The translations under genes were made by a program, and so were the position numbers. This document shows positions 40,110 through 49,337 of a DNA stretch of 64,000 nucleotides, one piece after another (position 1 is the stretch's first letter; the number at the start of each line of letters is the position of its first letter). The notes under the pieces were generated by a model. The model had not been told where the DNA came from. It searched no databases and saw only the letters and a list, made by a program, of their open reading frames with translations. Source of the stretch: an uncultured Mycoplasmatota bacterium (lineage in GTDB: Bacteria > Bacillota_I > Bacilli_A > RF39 > UBA660); assembly GCA_946490195.1 (NCBI GenBank), contig CAMLWN010000001.1:238-64237 (forward strand), given 5' to 3'.

Positions 40110-40799
40110 ATGAAAAAGAAAAGTCTTGTATTGAGTTTTATTATGTTATTGTGTGTAGCGTTCTACCCAACTGTAGCAAATGCAGCTAGTGGTACAATTT
40201 TCGGTTCAAGTGTAACTGTATCTGATTCAATGGATTTATCAAATACAACATTAAACGGAAATCGAGTAAGTATTGCAAATAACGGGACAAATACAGTAAT
40301 TTATTTAGGATTACAAGTTTCTTCTGGAACAATTACCCGATATAATGCAACATTAAAATTGGGAAATTCAAATTTCACATTTAGAAGCGCAACAAGAAGT
40401 TCAGGATGGAGTGGTACAATTACTCAAGATGAATCAGATCCTTCAATTGTTCATGTAAGTTTAACAAATGAAAGTGGTGTAACAACAGGTCTTCATCAAG
40501 TAGCTACAATTCGTTTAAACGTTAATGAAAGTGCTTCATCTACAGAAACATGTCAAATTGATTTAGAGGTAGCAGATGCTCCTACTAATCCAGAAAATCC
40601 AACTTGTGAAATAGTAGATGGTAAATATTATGATGACAATGGTGTAGAAGTAACTAAAGAAGAATATGAAGAAATTTGTTTAAATCCAGAAAATCCTCAA
40701 ACAGGCTCATTCTTACCATATGCAGTAATCATTGGTGGAATTGTTGTCGCAATTGGTCTATATATGTTTACAAAGAAAAATAAAATTTATCATATTTAA
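40110..40799 (+). CDS. sortase-B substrate surface protein (NPQTG sorting signal)
   Basis: Signal peptide. C-terminal NPQTG followed by a hydrophobic helix and a KKNK tail. Confidence 0.65.
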   Translation: MKKKSLVLSFIMLLCVAFYPTVANAASGTIFGSSVTVSDSMDLSNTTLNGNRVSIANNGTNTVIYLGLQVSSGTITRYNATLKLGNSNFTFRSATRSSGWSGTITQDESDPSIVHVSLTNESGVTTGLHQVATIRLNVNESASSTETCQIDLEVADAPTNPENPTCEIVDGKYYDDNGVEVTKEEYEEICLNPENPQTGSFLPYAVIIGGIVVAIGLYMFTKKNKIYHI

Positions 40800-40925
40800 A
40801 AAGAGGCAATAGCTTCTTTTTTTTATGTCAAAAAGAAAAATGAAGAAGAAATCAAAAAGATAAAATGATTTCTTTTTTAGTATTATTTAAAATTTTTTCA
40901 TCATATACTTTTTTAGGTGAACACT

Positions 40926-43532
40926 ATGCAACTAAATGGACTAAAGGATGTAGAAGTAGAAGTTCAAAGAAAAAAATATGGCTCAAATAGTTTAACAGAA
41001 ATAAAGAAAAAAGGATTCTTAAAACTTTTGATTGAATCCTTAGGAGACCCGATAATTAAAATTCTTTTAGTAGCTTTAGCTGTAAAAGTTGTTTTTTTGT
41101 TTCGAGATTTTGATTGGTTTGAAACTCTAGGGATTCTTATCGCGATTTTTCTTGCATCTTTCATATCTTCAATAAGTGAATATGGTAGTGAAGAAGCATT
41201 TAAAAAGCTTCAAGAAGAAAATGAAAGTATGAAAGTAAAGGTCAAAAGAAATGGTCAAATTAAAGAGGTTAAAATAGAAGAGATTGTTGTTGATGATGTG
41301 GTCTTACTAGAAAGTGGCGATGGCATACCAGCAGATGGCTATTTAGTAGAAGGAGCATTAAGCATTGATGAATCAAGATTAAATGGAGAAACAAAAGAAC
41401 GAAAAAAACTCCCTTTGGGAAGAGAAAAGGAAGAAGCAAAACTCCTTCGTGGATCAGTAGTCTATGAAGGAACAGGCGTGATGATTGTCACGAGCGTTGG
41501 GGATAACACCGTCTATGGTTCACTTGCTAAAGAAGTTCAAGAAACAGAGCCAATAAGTCCATTAAAACTACGTCTTCGAGGACTTGCTAAAACCATCAGC
41601 AAAATAGGATACATTGGAGCAGTTCTAGTAACTCTTTCCTATTTATTTTCAGTAATTGTCTTAGAAAACAATTTTGAGATGGATAAAATTTTAGCAACAA
41701 TCACCAATTTCCCAGTAATGATGGATCATCTAATTTATTCATTAACTCTTTCCGTAACGATTATTGTTGTTGCTGTGCCAGAGGGTTTACCAATGATGAT
41801 TACTTTAGTTTTATCAAGTAATATGAAAAGGATGTTAAAAAGTAATGTTTTAGTAAGAAAACTTGTAGGCATTGAAACCACCGGTTCACTAAATATTTTA
41901 TTTACCGACAAAACGGGAACATTAACCAAAGGAAAATTAGAGGTATTAGAAATTGTCAGTGGAGATTTAACATATTATAAAAAAGAAAAAGATTTAAATA
42001 AAGTTCCAAAATATGAAGAGATTGTCAAAAAAAGCCTAATTTGGAACAATAAGAGTATGCTAAGTGCTGATGGTACTGTAATTGGAGGAAATTCAACAGA
42101 TCGAGCTCTTTTAAGTTTTTTTCAAAATACTCTTTTAGCAAAGCCAAAAATTTTAAAAGAAACACCATTTGATAGTTCGAAAAAATACTCCTCTCTGACT
42201 GTAGAAGAAAATTATGGAAAAAGAACTTTTGTTAAAGGGGCAAGTGAAAAACTATTACCAAATTGTATTCGTTTTCTAAATAAAAATGGAGAAGAAAAGC
42301 CATTTTTAAATAAAAAACACATCGAAGAAGAAATCAATCGCTTAACAACCAATGGCTGCCGTGTTTTAACAATCGCCTTTAGCCATGATGAAGAATTAAA
42401 AAATTTAACTTTTGTTGGCTTAATTGCAATAAAAGATGATTTAAGAGAAGAAGCTAAAGAAGGTGTTTCTTTAATTCAAAATGCGGGAATTCAAGTAGTT
42501 ATGATTACCGGAGATGCGAAAGAAACCGCGACCAGTATTGCTAAAGAAGTAGGAATATTACAAAGTAAAGACGATATAGTTCTTACAAGTAGCGAATTAA
42601 ATAGTATGAGTGAGTTTGATTTAGAACAACTTCTCCCAAGAATTAAAGTAATTGCCAGAGCTCTTCCCCAAGATAAGAGTAAACTAGTGAAAATAGCCGA
42701 GAATAGAGATTTAGTCGTTGGAATGACAGGCGATGGTGTAAATGATGCGCCAGCCCTAAAAAAAGCAAATGTCGGATTTGCGATGGGAAGTGGTACAGAA
42801 GTAGCCAAAGAAGCAAGCGATATAGTAATACTAGATGATAACATTTTATCAATTAGTGAAGCCATACTTTATGGTAGAACAATTTTTAAAAGCATCAGAA
42901 AATTTATTATTTATCAATTAACATGTAATTTTTGTGCGCTATTTTTATCCATCATCGGTCCATTTGTAGGAGTAAATACCCCAATTACTATTATTCAAAT
43001 GCTTTGGATTAACATGATTATGGATACTTTTGCCGGACTTGCATTTTCCTTTGAACCAGCCTTAAAAGAAACCATGCAAGAAAAACCTAAAGATAAAAAT
43101 GAACCAATCATGAATAAATATATGTATTCAGAAATTATTTGGACAGGACTTTATTCAGCATTGCTTTGTTTATTCTTTTTAAAGTCTCCTTGGGTGCGTT
43201 CCTTAATAAGACCAGATGATGATTTTAAATACTTAATGACAGCTTACTTTGCCTTATTTATCTTTATTGGAATAGGTAATGCTTTCAATGCGAGAACACA
43301 TCGTCTAAACTTATTTGCTCATTTAAAAGAAAATATTGTCTTTGTTTTTACAATTATTTTTATTGCCAGTGTTCAAATGATTTTGATTTATAAAGGTGGA
43401 ACCGTATTTAGGACATTTGGTTTAACTCCTTATGAACTCATGTTTGTTATTCTCCTTGCTTTAACAGTTATACCAGTCGATTTTTTAAGAAAAGTTCTTC
43501 TAAAGAAAAAAGAAATAAAATTAGGAGTGTAA
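40926..43532 (+). CDS. Ca2+-transporting P-type ATPase (type IIA-like)
   Basis: DKTGTLT phosphorylation motif, TGDGVNDAPAL hinge and ten TMs. Confidence 0.8.
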   Translation: MQLNGLKDVEVEVQRKKYGSNSLTEIKKKGFLKLLIESLGDPIIKILLVALAVKVVFLFRDFDWFETLGILIAIFLASFISSISEYGSEEAFKKLQEENESMKVKVKRNGQIKEVKIEEIVVDDVVLLESGDGIPADGYLVEGALSIDESRLNGETKERKKLPLGREKEEAKLLRGSVVYEGTGVMIVTSVGDNTVYGSLAKEVQETEPISPLKLRLRGLAKTISKIGYIGAVLVTLSYLFSVIVLENNFEMDKILATITNFPVMMDHLIYSLTLSVTIIVVAVPEGLPMMITLVLSSNMKRMLKSNVLVRKLVGIETTGSLNILFTDKTGTLTKGKLEVLEIVSGDLTYYKKEKDLNKVPKYEEIVKKSLIWNNKSMLSADGTVIGGNSTDRALLSFFQNTLLAKPKILKETPFDSSKKYSSLTVEENYGKRTFVKGASEKLLPNCIRFLNKNGEEKPFLNKKHIEEEINRLTTNGCRVLTIAFSHDEELKNLTFVGLIAIKDDLREEAKEGVSLIQNAGIQVVMITGDAKETATSIAKEVGILQSKDDIVLTSSELNSMSEFDLEQLLPRIKVIARALPQDKSKLVKIAENRDLVVGMTGDGVNDAPALKKANVGFAMGSGTEVAKEASDIVILDDNILSISEAILYGRTIFKSIRKFIIYQLTCNFCALFLSIIGPFVGVNTPITIIQMLWINMIMDTFAGLAFSFEPALKETMQEKPKDKNEPIMNKYMYSEIIWTGLYSALLCLFFLKSPWVRSLIRPDDDFKYLMTAYFALFIFIGIGNAFNARTHRLNLFAHLKENIVFVFTIIFIASVQMILIYKGGTVFRTFGLTPYELMFVILLALTVIPVDFLRKVLLKKKEIKLGV

Positions 43533-43591
43533 ATTGTTGACAATAAGAAGATAATTCTATAAAATATTCTAGCACGAAAGGAAGAAAAAAA

Positions 43592-44104
43592 ATGACTAGA
43601 GAAGAACTATTAAGCATAAGAGAAATAATTAAGAGTGTTCAACAAGAACGCAGTATAGAAAATATGATTTTAGCTTATCAAACAACAATTAATTTAGAAT
43701 TACAATTTGGAAAAGAAAGGTTTTTGAAAGCTTTATTTCAAAGAGGAATTGCTGATGAAGATGCAAGTGTTTTGATGAAAAAAATAGAGAAAGATAATTA
43801 TAATTTTCGAAATCGTATGCTTCATAAATTTTGGCAAGTTATGTTAAACAAACAAAAAATATCGAATTCAGAAAGTAAAATCCTTTTGTTAGAACCAGAT
43901 ATTTGTCCACACGATGATATATTTTCTTTTGAATTTAGTCCTATTCCTGGAGAAAATTCAATAGAAGGATATGTAAGAAAACAAAGACTTTTAAAATCTT
44001 TAGAAAATTTAGGATATACGCCAAATGATTTTACTAGGGAAAACAATCTTTTTCAATTAGAAATTCCTCAAAGTTCAATTTATACGATAAGTCTAAAAAA
44101 ATGA
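43592..44104 (+). CDS. hypothetical protein
   Basis: ORF with RBS ggaag. No motif. Confidence 0.4.
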   Translation: MTREELLSIREIIKSVQQERSIENMILAYQTTINLELQFGKERFLKALFQRGIADEDASVLMKKIEKDNYNFRNRMLHKFWQVMLNKQKISNSESKILLLEPDICPHDDIFSFEFSPIPGENSIEGYVRKQRLLKSLENLGYTPNDFTRENNLFQLEIPQSSIYTISLKK

Positions 44105-44312
44105 GTCAATTATGTTGGCTCATTTTTCATGTGTAATACTTGTGCTTTTTTATCTCCCTCAAAATAAATATCGCTGGTTGTTATGGTAATAAGATAATAA
44201 TTCATATATATCGTAAAAGATAAAACTTCTTACCAGGAATTTTCTTACAAAATTGTCAGGAATTTTTTTTATGAAGTATGCTATAATAGGTTCATGAGCT
44301 GGTGATTTTTAT

Positions 44313-46676
44313 ATGAAAAGATATGAACCAAAAAAAGATATTGGACTTACCAAAGAACAAGTAGCAAAAAGAATTTCCGAAGGATTAGTGAATTATGATG
44401 ATCAACCAAAAACCAAATCCATAAAACAAATCATTGCGAGCAATTTTTTTACGTATTTTAATTTTTTAAATATTGCTTTAGGAGCTGCTGTACTAACCGC
44501 AGGCATTTTAAACAACCAATTATTTGAAGGATTGAAAAACTGCTTATTTATGGGAGTAATCATCATTAATTCGATTATAAGTATTATAGAAGAAATTATA
44601 TCGAAAAAAATTATTGATCGCTTATCCGTAATTTCTGAATCAAAGGTAACAACAATACGTGAAGGAAAAAAAGAAGAACTATCCCTAGATGAACTAGTTT
44701 TAGATGATGTAACGATTCTAACAGTAGGTCATCAAATTGTCGCCGATTCAATCATTTTAGATGGCGAAGTAGAAGTAAATGAATCTTTTTTGACAGGAGA
44801 ACCAGATGCTATTTTAAAGAAAAAAGGAGATATGCTTCTATCAGGCTCTTTTATTGTAAGTGGGAGCTGTACAGCTAAAGTAGAGCACGTTGGACAAGAA
44901 AATTATGTGGCGACGATATCTAAAGAAGCAAAATATCAAAAAAAAGCCAATTCAGTGATAATGGATTCATTTGAAAAACTTTTAAAAATTTTATCTATTT
45001 TTATCATTCCAATTGGTATTATCATGTATTTTAGTCAAGTAAATGCCACAGATGGGAATGTTCCACAAGCGATATTTGGCACCGTAGCTTCTTTAATTGG
45101 AATGATTCCAGAAGGATTAGTGTTACTCACTAGTTCAGTCATGGCTGTAAGTGTAATTAGGCTTTCAAAATATAAAGTATTAGTGCAACAATTATATTGC
45201 ATGGAAACATTAGCGAGAGTAGATGTGATTTGTTTAGACAAAACAGGAACTTTAACAGAAGGGCGTATGCAAGTAGTAGATTTTACACCCGTAGAAAAGC
45301 ACACGAAAGAAGAAATGAAAGAAATCATAAATGCTTTTGCAGAAAACTCATTAGATACAAATGCGACAATGACAGCCATTAAAGAATACTTTACTAAACA
45401 AAGTACTTGGAAAAAATCAAAAGCCATTGCTTTTTCATCGGAGCGAAAGTTTTCAGCCATTTCTTTTAAAGATAAAGATGCTTACTATATAGGAGCACCA
45501 GAAGTTCTTTTAAAAGAAAAAAATAAAGTTTTAAAAGAAATAAAAAAATATCAAACGGATTACCGAGTTTTACTTTTGGGGAGTCAAAAAGTATTAAGTG
45601 ATAAACCAGAAAAAATAGAAGCAATTGGCATTATTTTAATTGAGGATATTGTTAGAAAAGAAGCCAAAGCAACCTTGGATTACTTTAAAAAACAAGGAGT
45701 TATGGTAAAAATCATTTCCGGAGATAATGTATCTACGGTTTTAAATATTGCAAATAAAGTAGGATTAAAAAATGTTAAAGGATTAGATATTGTAGACTTA
45801 AATAAAGACGAATTAGAAAAAGTGGTTCAAGAATATGATGTGTTTGGAAGAGTAACACCAAAACAAAAAAAATGGATTATTGAAATTTTACAAGAAAGTG
45901 GTAGAACAGTTGCAATGACAGGCGATGGAGTAAACGATGTGTTAGCTTTAAAGAAAAGTGACTGTGCTATATCAATCGCGAGTGGCTCAGATGCCGCGAG
46001 AAATGTTTCTCAACTTGTCCTTTTAAACGACAACTTTGATGCTTTACCAGAGGTAGTTGCTGAAGGAAGAAGAACAATAAACAACATAGAAAGATCTTCA
46101 TCACTTCTTTTAGTGAAAACCATTTATACAGTTCTTTTAATTCTATTTAGCATCATCATTTCTTCAAAGTATTTCTTTATTCCAATACAACTTACATTAA
46201 TTACAGGATTTACGATTGGAATTCCATCTTTTATTTTAGCCTTAGAACCAAACAATGATTTAGTAAAAGGAAAATTTCTATTAAAAATTGTAAGCAAAAG
46301 TTTACCAACAGCCTTAACAGTAGTTTTTAATATCATCCTAGTTACAATATTTGCAAATGTCTTTCATTTAGATGAAGGGCTAGAAACTTCTCTCTGCGTA
46401 TTTTTAACAGCAATTACAGGCTTTATTCATTTATACAAAATTTGTAAACCATTTAACGTAATTCGAGTATCTCTACTAACTCTGATGATTTTAGGTTTCC
46501 TATATTGTGCAATTTTTCAAAATGAATTCTTTAGTCTTAGTCCAATGACTGCAACTTCATGTCTGATAGGCTTTGTTTTAACTATTGATTCTCTTTACAT
46601 ATTTAGAAGACTAAATTATTTCATTTCAAAAGCCTTTCATAAATTAGACCCAACAATAAACATAGAGTATGAATAA
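44313..46676 (+). CDS. cation-transporting P-type ATPase
   Basis: CLDKTGTLTEG and MTGDGVNDVLALKKSD motifs. Confidence 0.8.
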   Translation: MKRYEPKKDIGLTKEQVAKRISEGLVNYDDQPKTKSIKQIIASNFFTYFNFLNIALGAAVLTAGILNNQLFEGLKNCLFMGVIIINSIISIIEEIISKKIIDRLSVISESKVTTIREGKKEELSLDELVLDDVTILTVGHQIVADSIILDGEVEVNESFLTGEPDAILKKKGDMLLSGSFIVSGSCTAKVEHVGQENYVATISKEAKYQKKANSVIMDSFEKLLKILSIFIIPIGIIMYFSQVNATDGNVPQAIFGTVASLIGMIPEGLVLLTSSVMAVSVIRLSKYKVLVQQLYCMETLARVDVICLDKTGTLTEGRMQVVDFTPVEKHTKEEMKEIINAFAENSLDTNATMTAIKEYFTKQSTWKKSKAIAFSSERKFSAISFKDKDAYYIGAPEVLLKEKNKVLKEIKKYQTDYRVLLLGSQKVLSDKPEKIEAIGIILIEDIVRKEAKATLDYFKKQGVMVKIISGDNVSTVLNIANKVGLKNVKGLDIVDLNKDELEKVVQEYDVFGRVTPKQKKWIIEILQESGRTVAMTGDGVNDVLALKKSDCAISIASGSDAARNVSQLVLLNDNFDALPEVVAEGRRTINNIERSSSLLLVKTIYTVLLILFSIIISSKYFFIPIQLTLITGFTIGIPSFILALEPNNDLVKGKFLLKIVSKSLPTALTVVFNIILVTIFANVFHLDEGLETSLCVFLTAITGFIHLYKICKPFNVIRVSLLTLMILGFLYCAIFQNEFFSLSPMTATSCLIGFVLTIDSLYIFRRLNYFISKAFHKLDPTINIEYE

Positions 46677-46693
46677 AATCATATTCTTTTTTT

Positions 46694-46802
46694 TGACTAA
46701 TTTAAAATGTATAACCTGACTTTTTTAAAACGAATGTCCCGACTAATTTAAAGTGAATACCCTGACTAATTTAAAACAAACAGTTTGACTTTTTTAAAAT
46801 CA
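46694..46802. repeat. five degenerate ~22-bp direct repeats (YTGACTAATTTAAAR / YTGACTTTTTTAAAA)
   Basis: Visible tandem iteration in the intergenic region upstream of the DUF4143 ATPase gene. It ends at a TATAAT box (46807). Confidence 0.6.
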
Positions 46803-46827
46803 AACGATATAATACAGAGGAAAGAAG

Positions 46828-48051
46828 GTGCTTTTTATGTTTGAAAGAGAAGCAAAAAAGATTATTGATGAGATTAACAACAATTTTAAAATTTTTTTAG
46901 TGACAGGACCTAGACAAGTAGGAAAAACAACTTTATTATTAAGTCTAAAACCTAAAAATATGGAATATGTTTCGTTAGATGATGAAGTTTTACGTAATCA
47001 AGCAAACAAAGATCCAAAATTATTTTTAGAAGAACATCCCTATCCTTTATTGATTGATGAAGCAGAGTATGCTCCAAATCTTTTTACTTATTTAAAAATG
47101 AAAGTGGATGAAGTAGAAGAATATGGGATGTATTGGTTAACTGGTTCTCAACAATTTCATCTAATGAAAAAAGCATCAGAATCCTTAGCTGGTCGTGTAG
47201 GAATCATTAATTTAAATAGTTTTACGTATTCAGAAATAAAACAAAATACAAATAAAACTTTATTTGATCCAACTGATTTAAAAAAAGCTCCACCAATTGA
47301 AGCAAATGAATTATTTGAAATTATTTATAAAGGTGGAATGCCTGAATTATATAAAAATAAAAATTTAAAAAGAGAATTATACTTTCAAAGTTATATCGAT
47401 ACGTATATTTCTAGAGATGTCAGAGAAATCACTAAAATAGGTAATTTAGAAGCTTTCAAAAAATTCATTGTCAGTGTAGCAAGTAGAACGGGTGAACCGT
47501 TAAACTATACTGCTCTTGCGCTTGATGCAGGAGTAACTGTTCCGACATCAAAGGCGTGGCTATCTATTCTTGTATCATCAGGATTAGTCTATTTACTAGA
47601 ACCTTACTTATCGTCGGAATTAAAAAGACTAACCCATATTCCTAAAATTATCTTTATGGATACAGGTCTCGCATGCTTTTTAGCAGGTTGGGAAAGTGCC
47701 AAAGAATTACAATTAAGTTCCAATGCTGGTCATTATCTAGAAACGTTTATAGTAAGTGAAATCATAAAATCTTATAATGCAAGAGGTATCAAGCCTAACA
47801 TAAGTTATTATCGAGATAAAGAAAAAAATGAAATTGATTTGATTTTATATAAAAACAATACTTTATATCCGTTTGAAATAAAAAAAACAGCTTCTCCTAA
47901 CAAAACAATGATTAAGGATTTTGAAAAATTAAATCAATCTAAAAAAAATATTGGAACAGGTGGGATAATTTGTTTTTATGATAAATTATTAAAGTTAGAT
48001 GAAAAGAATTATATTATTCCAATTTCATCGGTAATTAACATTTCAAAATAA
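46828..48051 (+). CDS. AAA ATPase with C-terminal DUF4143 domain
   Basis: Walker A LVTGPRQVGKTTLL. Typical architecture of the DUF4143 ATPase family. Confidence 0.65.
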   Translation: MLFMFEREAKKIIDEINNNFKIFLVTGPRQVGKTTLLLSLKPKNMEYVSLDDEVLRNQANKDPKLFLEEHPYPLLIDEAEYAPNLFTYLKMKVDEVEEYGMYWLTGSQQFHLMKKASESLAGRVGIINLNSFTYSEIKQNTNKTLFDPTDLKKAPPIEANELFEIIYKGGMPELYKNKNLKRELYFQSYIDTYISRDVREITKIGNLEAFKKFIVSVASRTGEPLNYTALALDAGVTVPTSKAWLSILVSSGLVYLLEPYLSSELKRLTHIPKIIFMDTGLACFLAGWESAKELQLSSNAGHYLETFIVSEIIKSYNARGIKPNISYYRDKEKNEIDLILYKNNTLYPFEIKKTASPNKTMIKDFEKLNQSKKNIGTGGIICFYDKLLKLDEKNYIIPISSVINISK

Positions 48052-48118
48052 AAATTGTGTGCACACCCAAACAACATTTAAAAACTCGAGTAGAATACCT
48101 ATGAAGGAGGAAAAGAAA

Positions 48119-48565
48119 ATGTTGTTTGATAACTCAGATTTTGATTATGAAATTAGCTTTTTTAAAATTCCAGGAAGCGATTTTAATAAAGAAATACGAG
48201 AAGAAAAATTTTTAAGTCCTGAAGAAGGATTTTTAAGAGGAAATTTAATGAAAGATGAATATGAGCCATACAAAAATTTAACGTATTTTAAATTGACTCC
48301 TAAAAATGAACAAGAAGCAAAATTATTTAATTTAATGGCTTATTCATTTGCAATCAATGATTTAAATCTTTATTTAGACTTACATCCAGAAGATCAAAAT
48401 GCTTATGAACTTTTCAAAAAATATGCTAAAGAAAAAAATAAGTTAGAAGAGTCCTACAGTGAAAAATATGGTCCAATGACAATAACAGAAACACAAGGTT
48501 CAAAATACAACTGGATAAAAAATCCGTGGCCTTGGGATAATACAGGAGGTAGTATGTATGTTTAA
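48119..48565 (+). CDS. cotJB: spore coat protein CotJA-CotJB fusion
   Basis: The N-terminal part contains the CotJA-like motif (SPEEGFLRGNLMKDEYEPYK). The C-terminal part contains the CotJB motif (LNLYLDLHPEDQNAYELFKKYAKE...KYGP). Confidence 0.65.
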   Translation: MLFDNSDFDYEISFFKIPGSDFNKEIREEKFLSPEEGFLRGNLMKDEYEPYKNLTYFKLTPKNEQEAKLFNLMAYSFAINDLNLYLDLHPEDQNAYELFKKYAKEKNKLEESYSEKYGPMTITETQGSKYNWIKNPWPWDNTGGSMYV

Positions 48566-49115
48566 GTATGTAAAACACCTAAATTATCCAATAAACATTA
48601 AAAAGAAAGATGTAAAAATGGCCAAATATTTACTCACACAATTTGGTGGGGCAAATGGAGAACTCGCTGCTTCATTGAGATATTTCAGTCAAAAATTTTC
48701 CATGCCAGATGAAAAAGGAAAATCGCTTTTAAATGATATTGCTACCGAAGAATTAGGTCATTGCGAAATGATTTGTACAATGGTTCATCAATTGACCGAA
48801 AATGCAACAATTGAAGAACTAAAAGCAGAAGGCCTAGGTTCGATGTACACTGAACACGGAAAAGGAGTATATCCATCTGATTCATTTGGAAATCCATTTA
48901 CTGTAACTTACTTTGCAGTTACAGGAGATGTATTAGCCGATTTATCAGAAGATATGGCAGCAGAACAAAAAGCAAGAGCAACCTACGAAAACTTAATAAA
49001 TATGACAGATGACCAAGATATAATAGGAATACTACTTTTCTTAAGACAAAGAGAAATCGTTCATTTTAATCGTTTCAAAGAACTATACGACTATTACAAG
49101 AAAAAAGGATATTAA
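48558..49115 (+). CDS. cotJC: spore coat protein CotJC (Mn-catalase-like ferritin fold)
   Basis: MFKYVKHLNYPINI...AKYLLTQFGGANGELAASLRYFSQ aligns with the CotJC N-terminus. Confidence 0.8.
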   Translation: MFKYVKHLNYPINIKKKDVKMAKYLLTQFGGANGELAASLRYFSQKFSMPDEKGKSLLNDIATEELGHCEMICTMVHQLTENATIEELKAEGLGSMYTEHGKGVYPSDSFGNPFTVTYFAVTGDVLADLSEDMAAEQKARATYENLINMTDDQDIIGILLFLRQREIVHFNRFKELYDYYKKKGY

Positions 49116-49276
49116 AGGAAAAAATTTTAATCAAGAATAAGTAAAGAAAATAAAGTACTTATTCTTTTTTATTGAAAAAAAATAGGAAACACGTTACAAT
49201 GTATATAGAAAACTATATAAGGATATAATAAAATTGAAACAAAAAAATAAAAATTTTAAAAAAACACCCACACCCA

Positions 49277-49309
49277 TTGACAAATGGGGGGGGGGTTGTG
49301 TGATATAAT
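49277..49309 (+). promoter_or_regulatory. promoter of the DGR target gene: -35 TTGACA, 21-bp spacer containing G10 (49286..49295), extended -10 TGaTATAAT
   Basis: Consensus hexamers read directly from the sequence. The homopolymeric G tract makes the spacing 21 bp. Loss of 3-4 G would give an optimal 17-18 bp. Confidence 0.55.
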
Positions 49310-49337
49310 AAAAACATAAATAGAAGGGAATAAAAAA

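Noticed and set aside
40800-40916. Putative terminator upstream of the Ca-ATPase (aagaggcaatagcttcttttttttt).
   Set aside because: The inverted repeat is not self-complementary on inspection. Only the T-run is present.
44105-44312. Possible Mg2+ (M-box) riboswitch or leader upstream of the second P-type ATPase, with repeated ccaggaatttt and gtcaggaatttttttt elements.
   Set aside because: I cannot recognise the conserved M-box core by eye. It more likely reflects promoter or terminator elements.
49286-49295. Whether the G10 run is a sequencing artefact.
   Set aside because: That cannot be excluded from the sequence alone. It is kept as a finding because it sits exactly in a promoter spacer with otherwise consensus elements.
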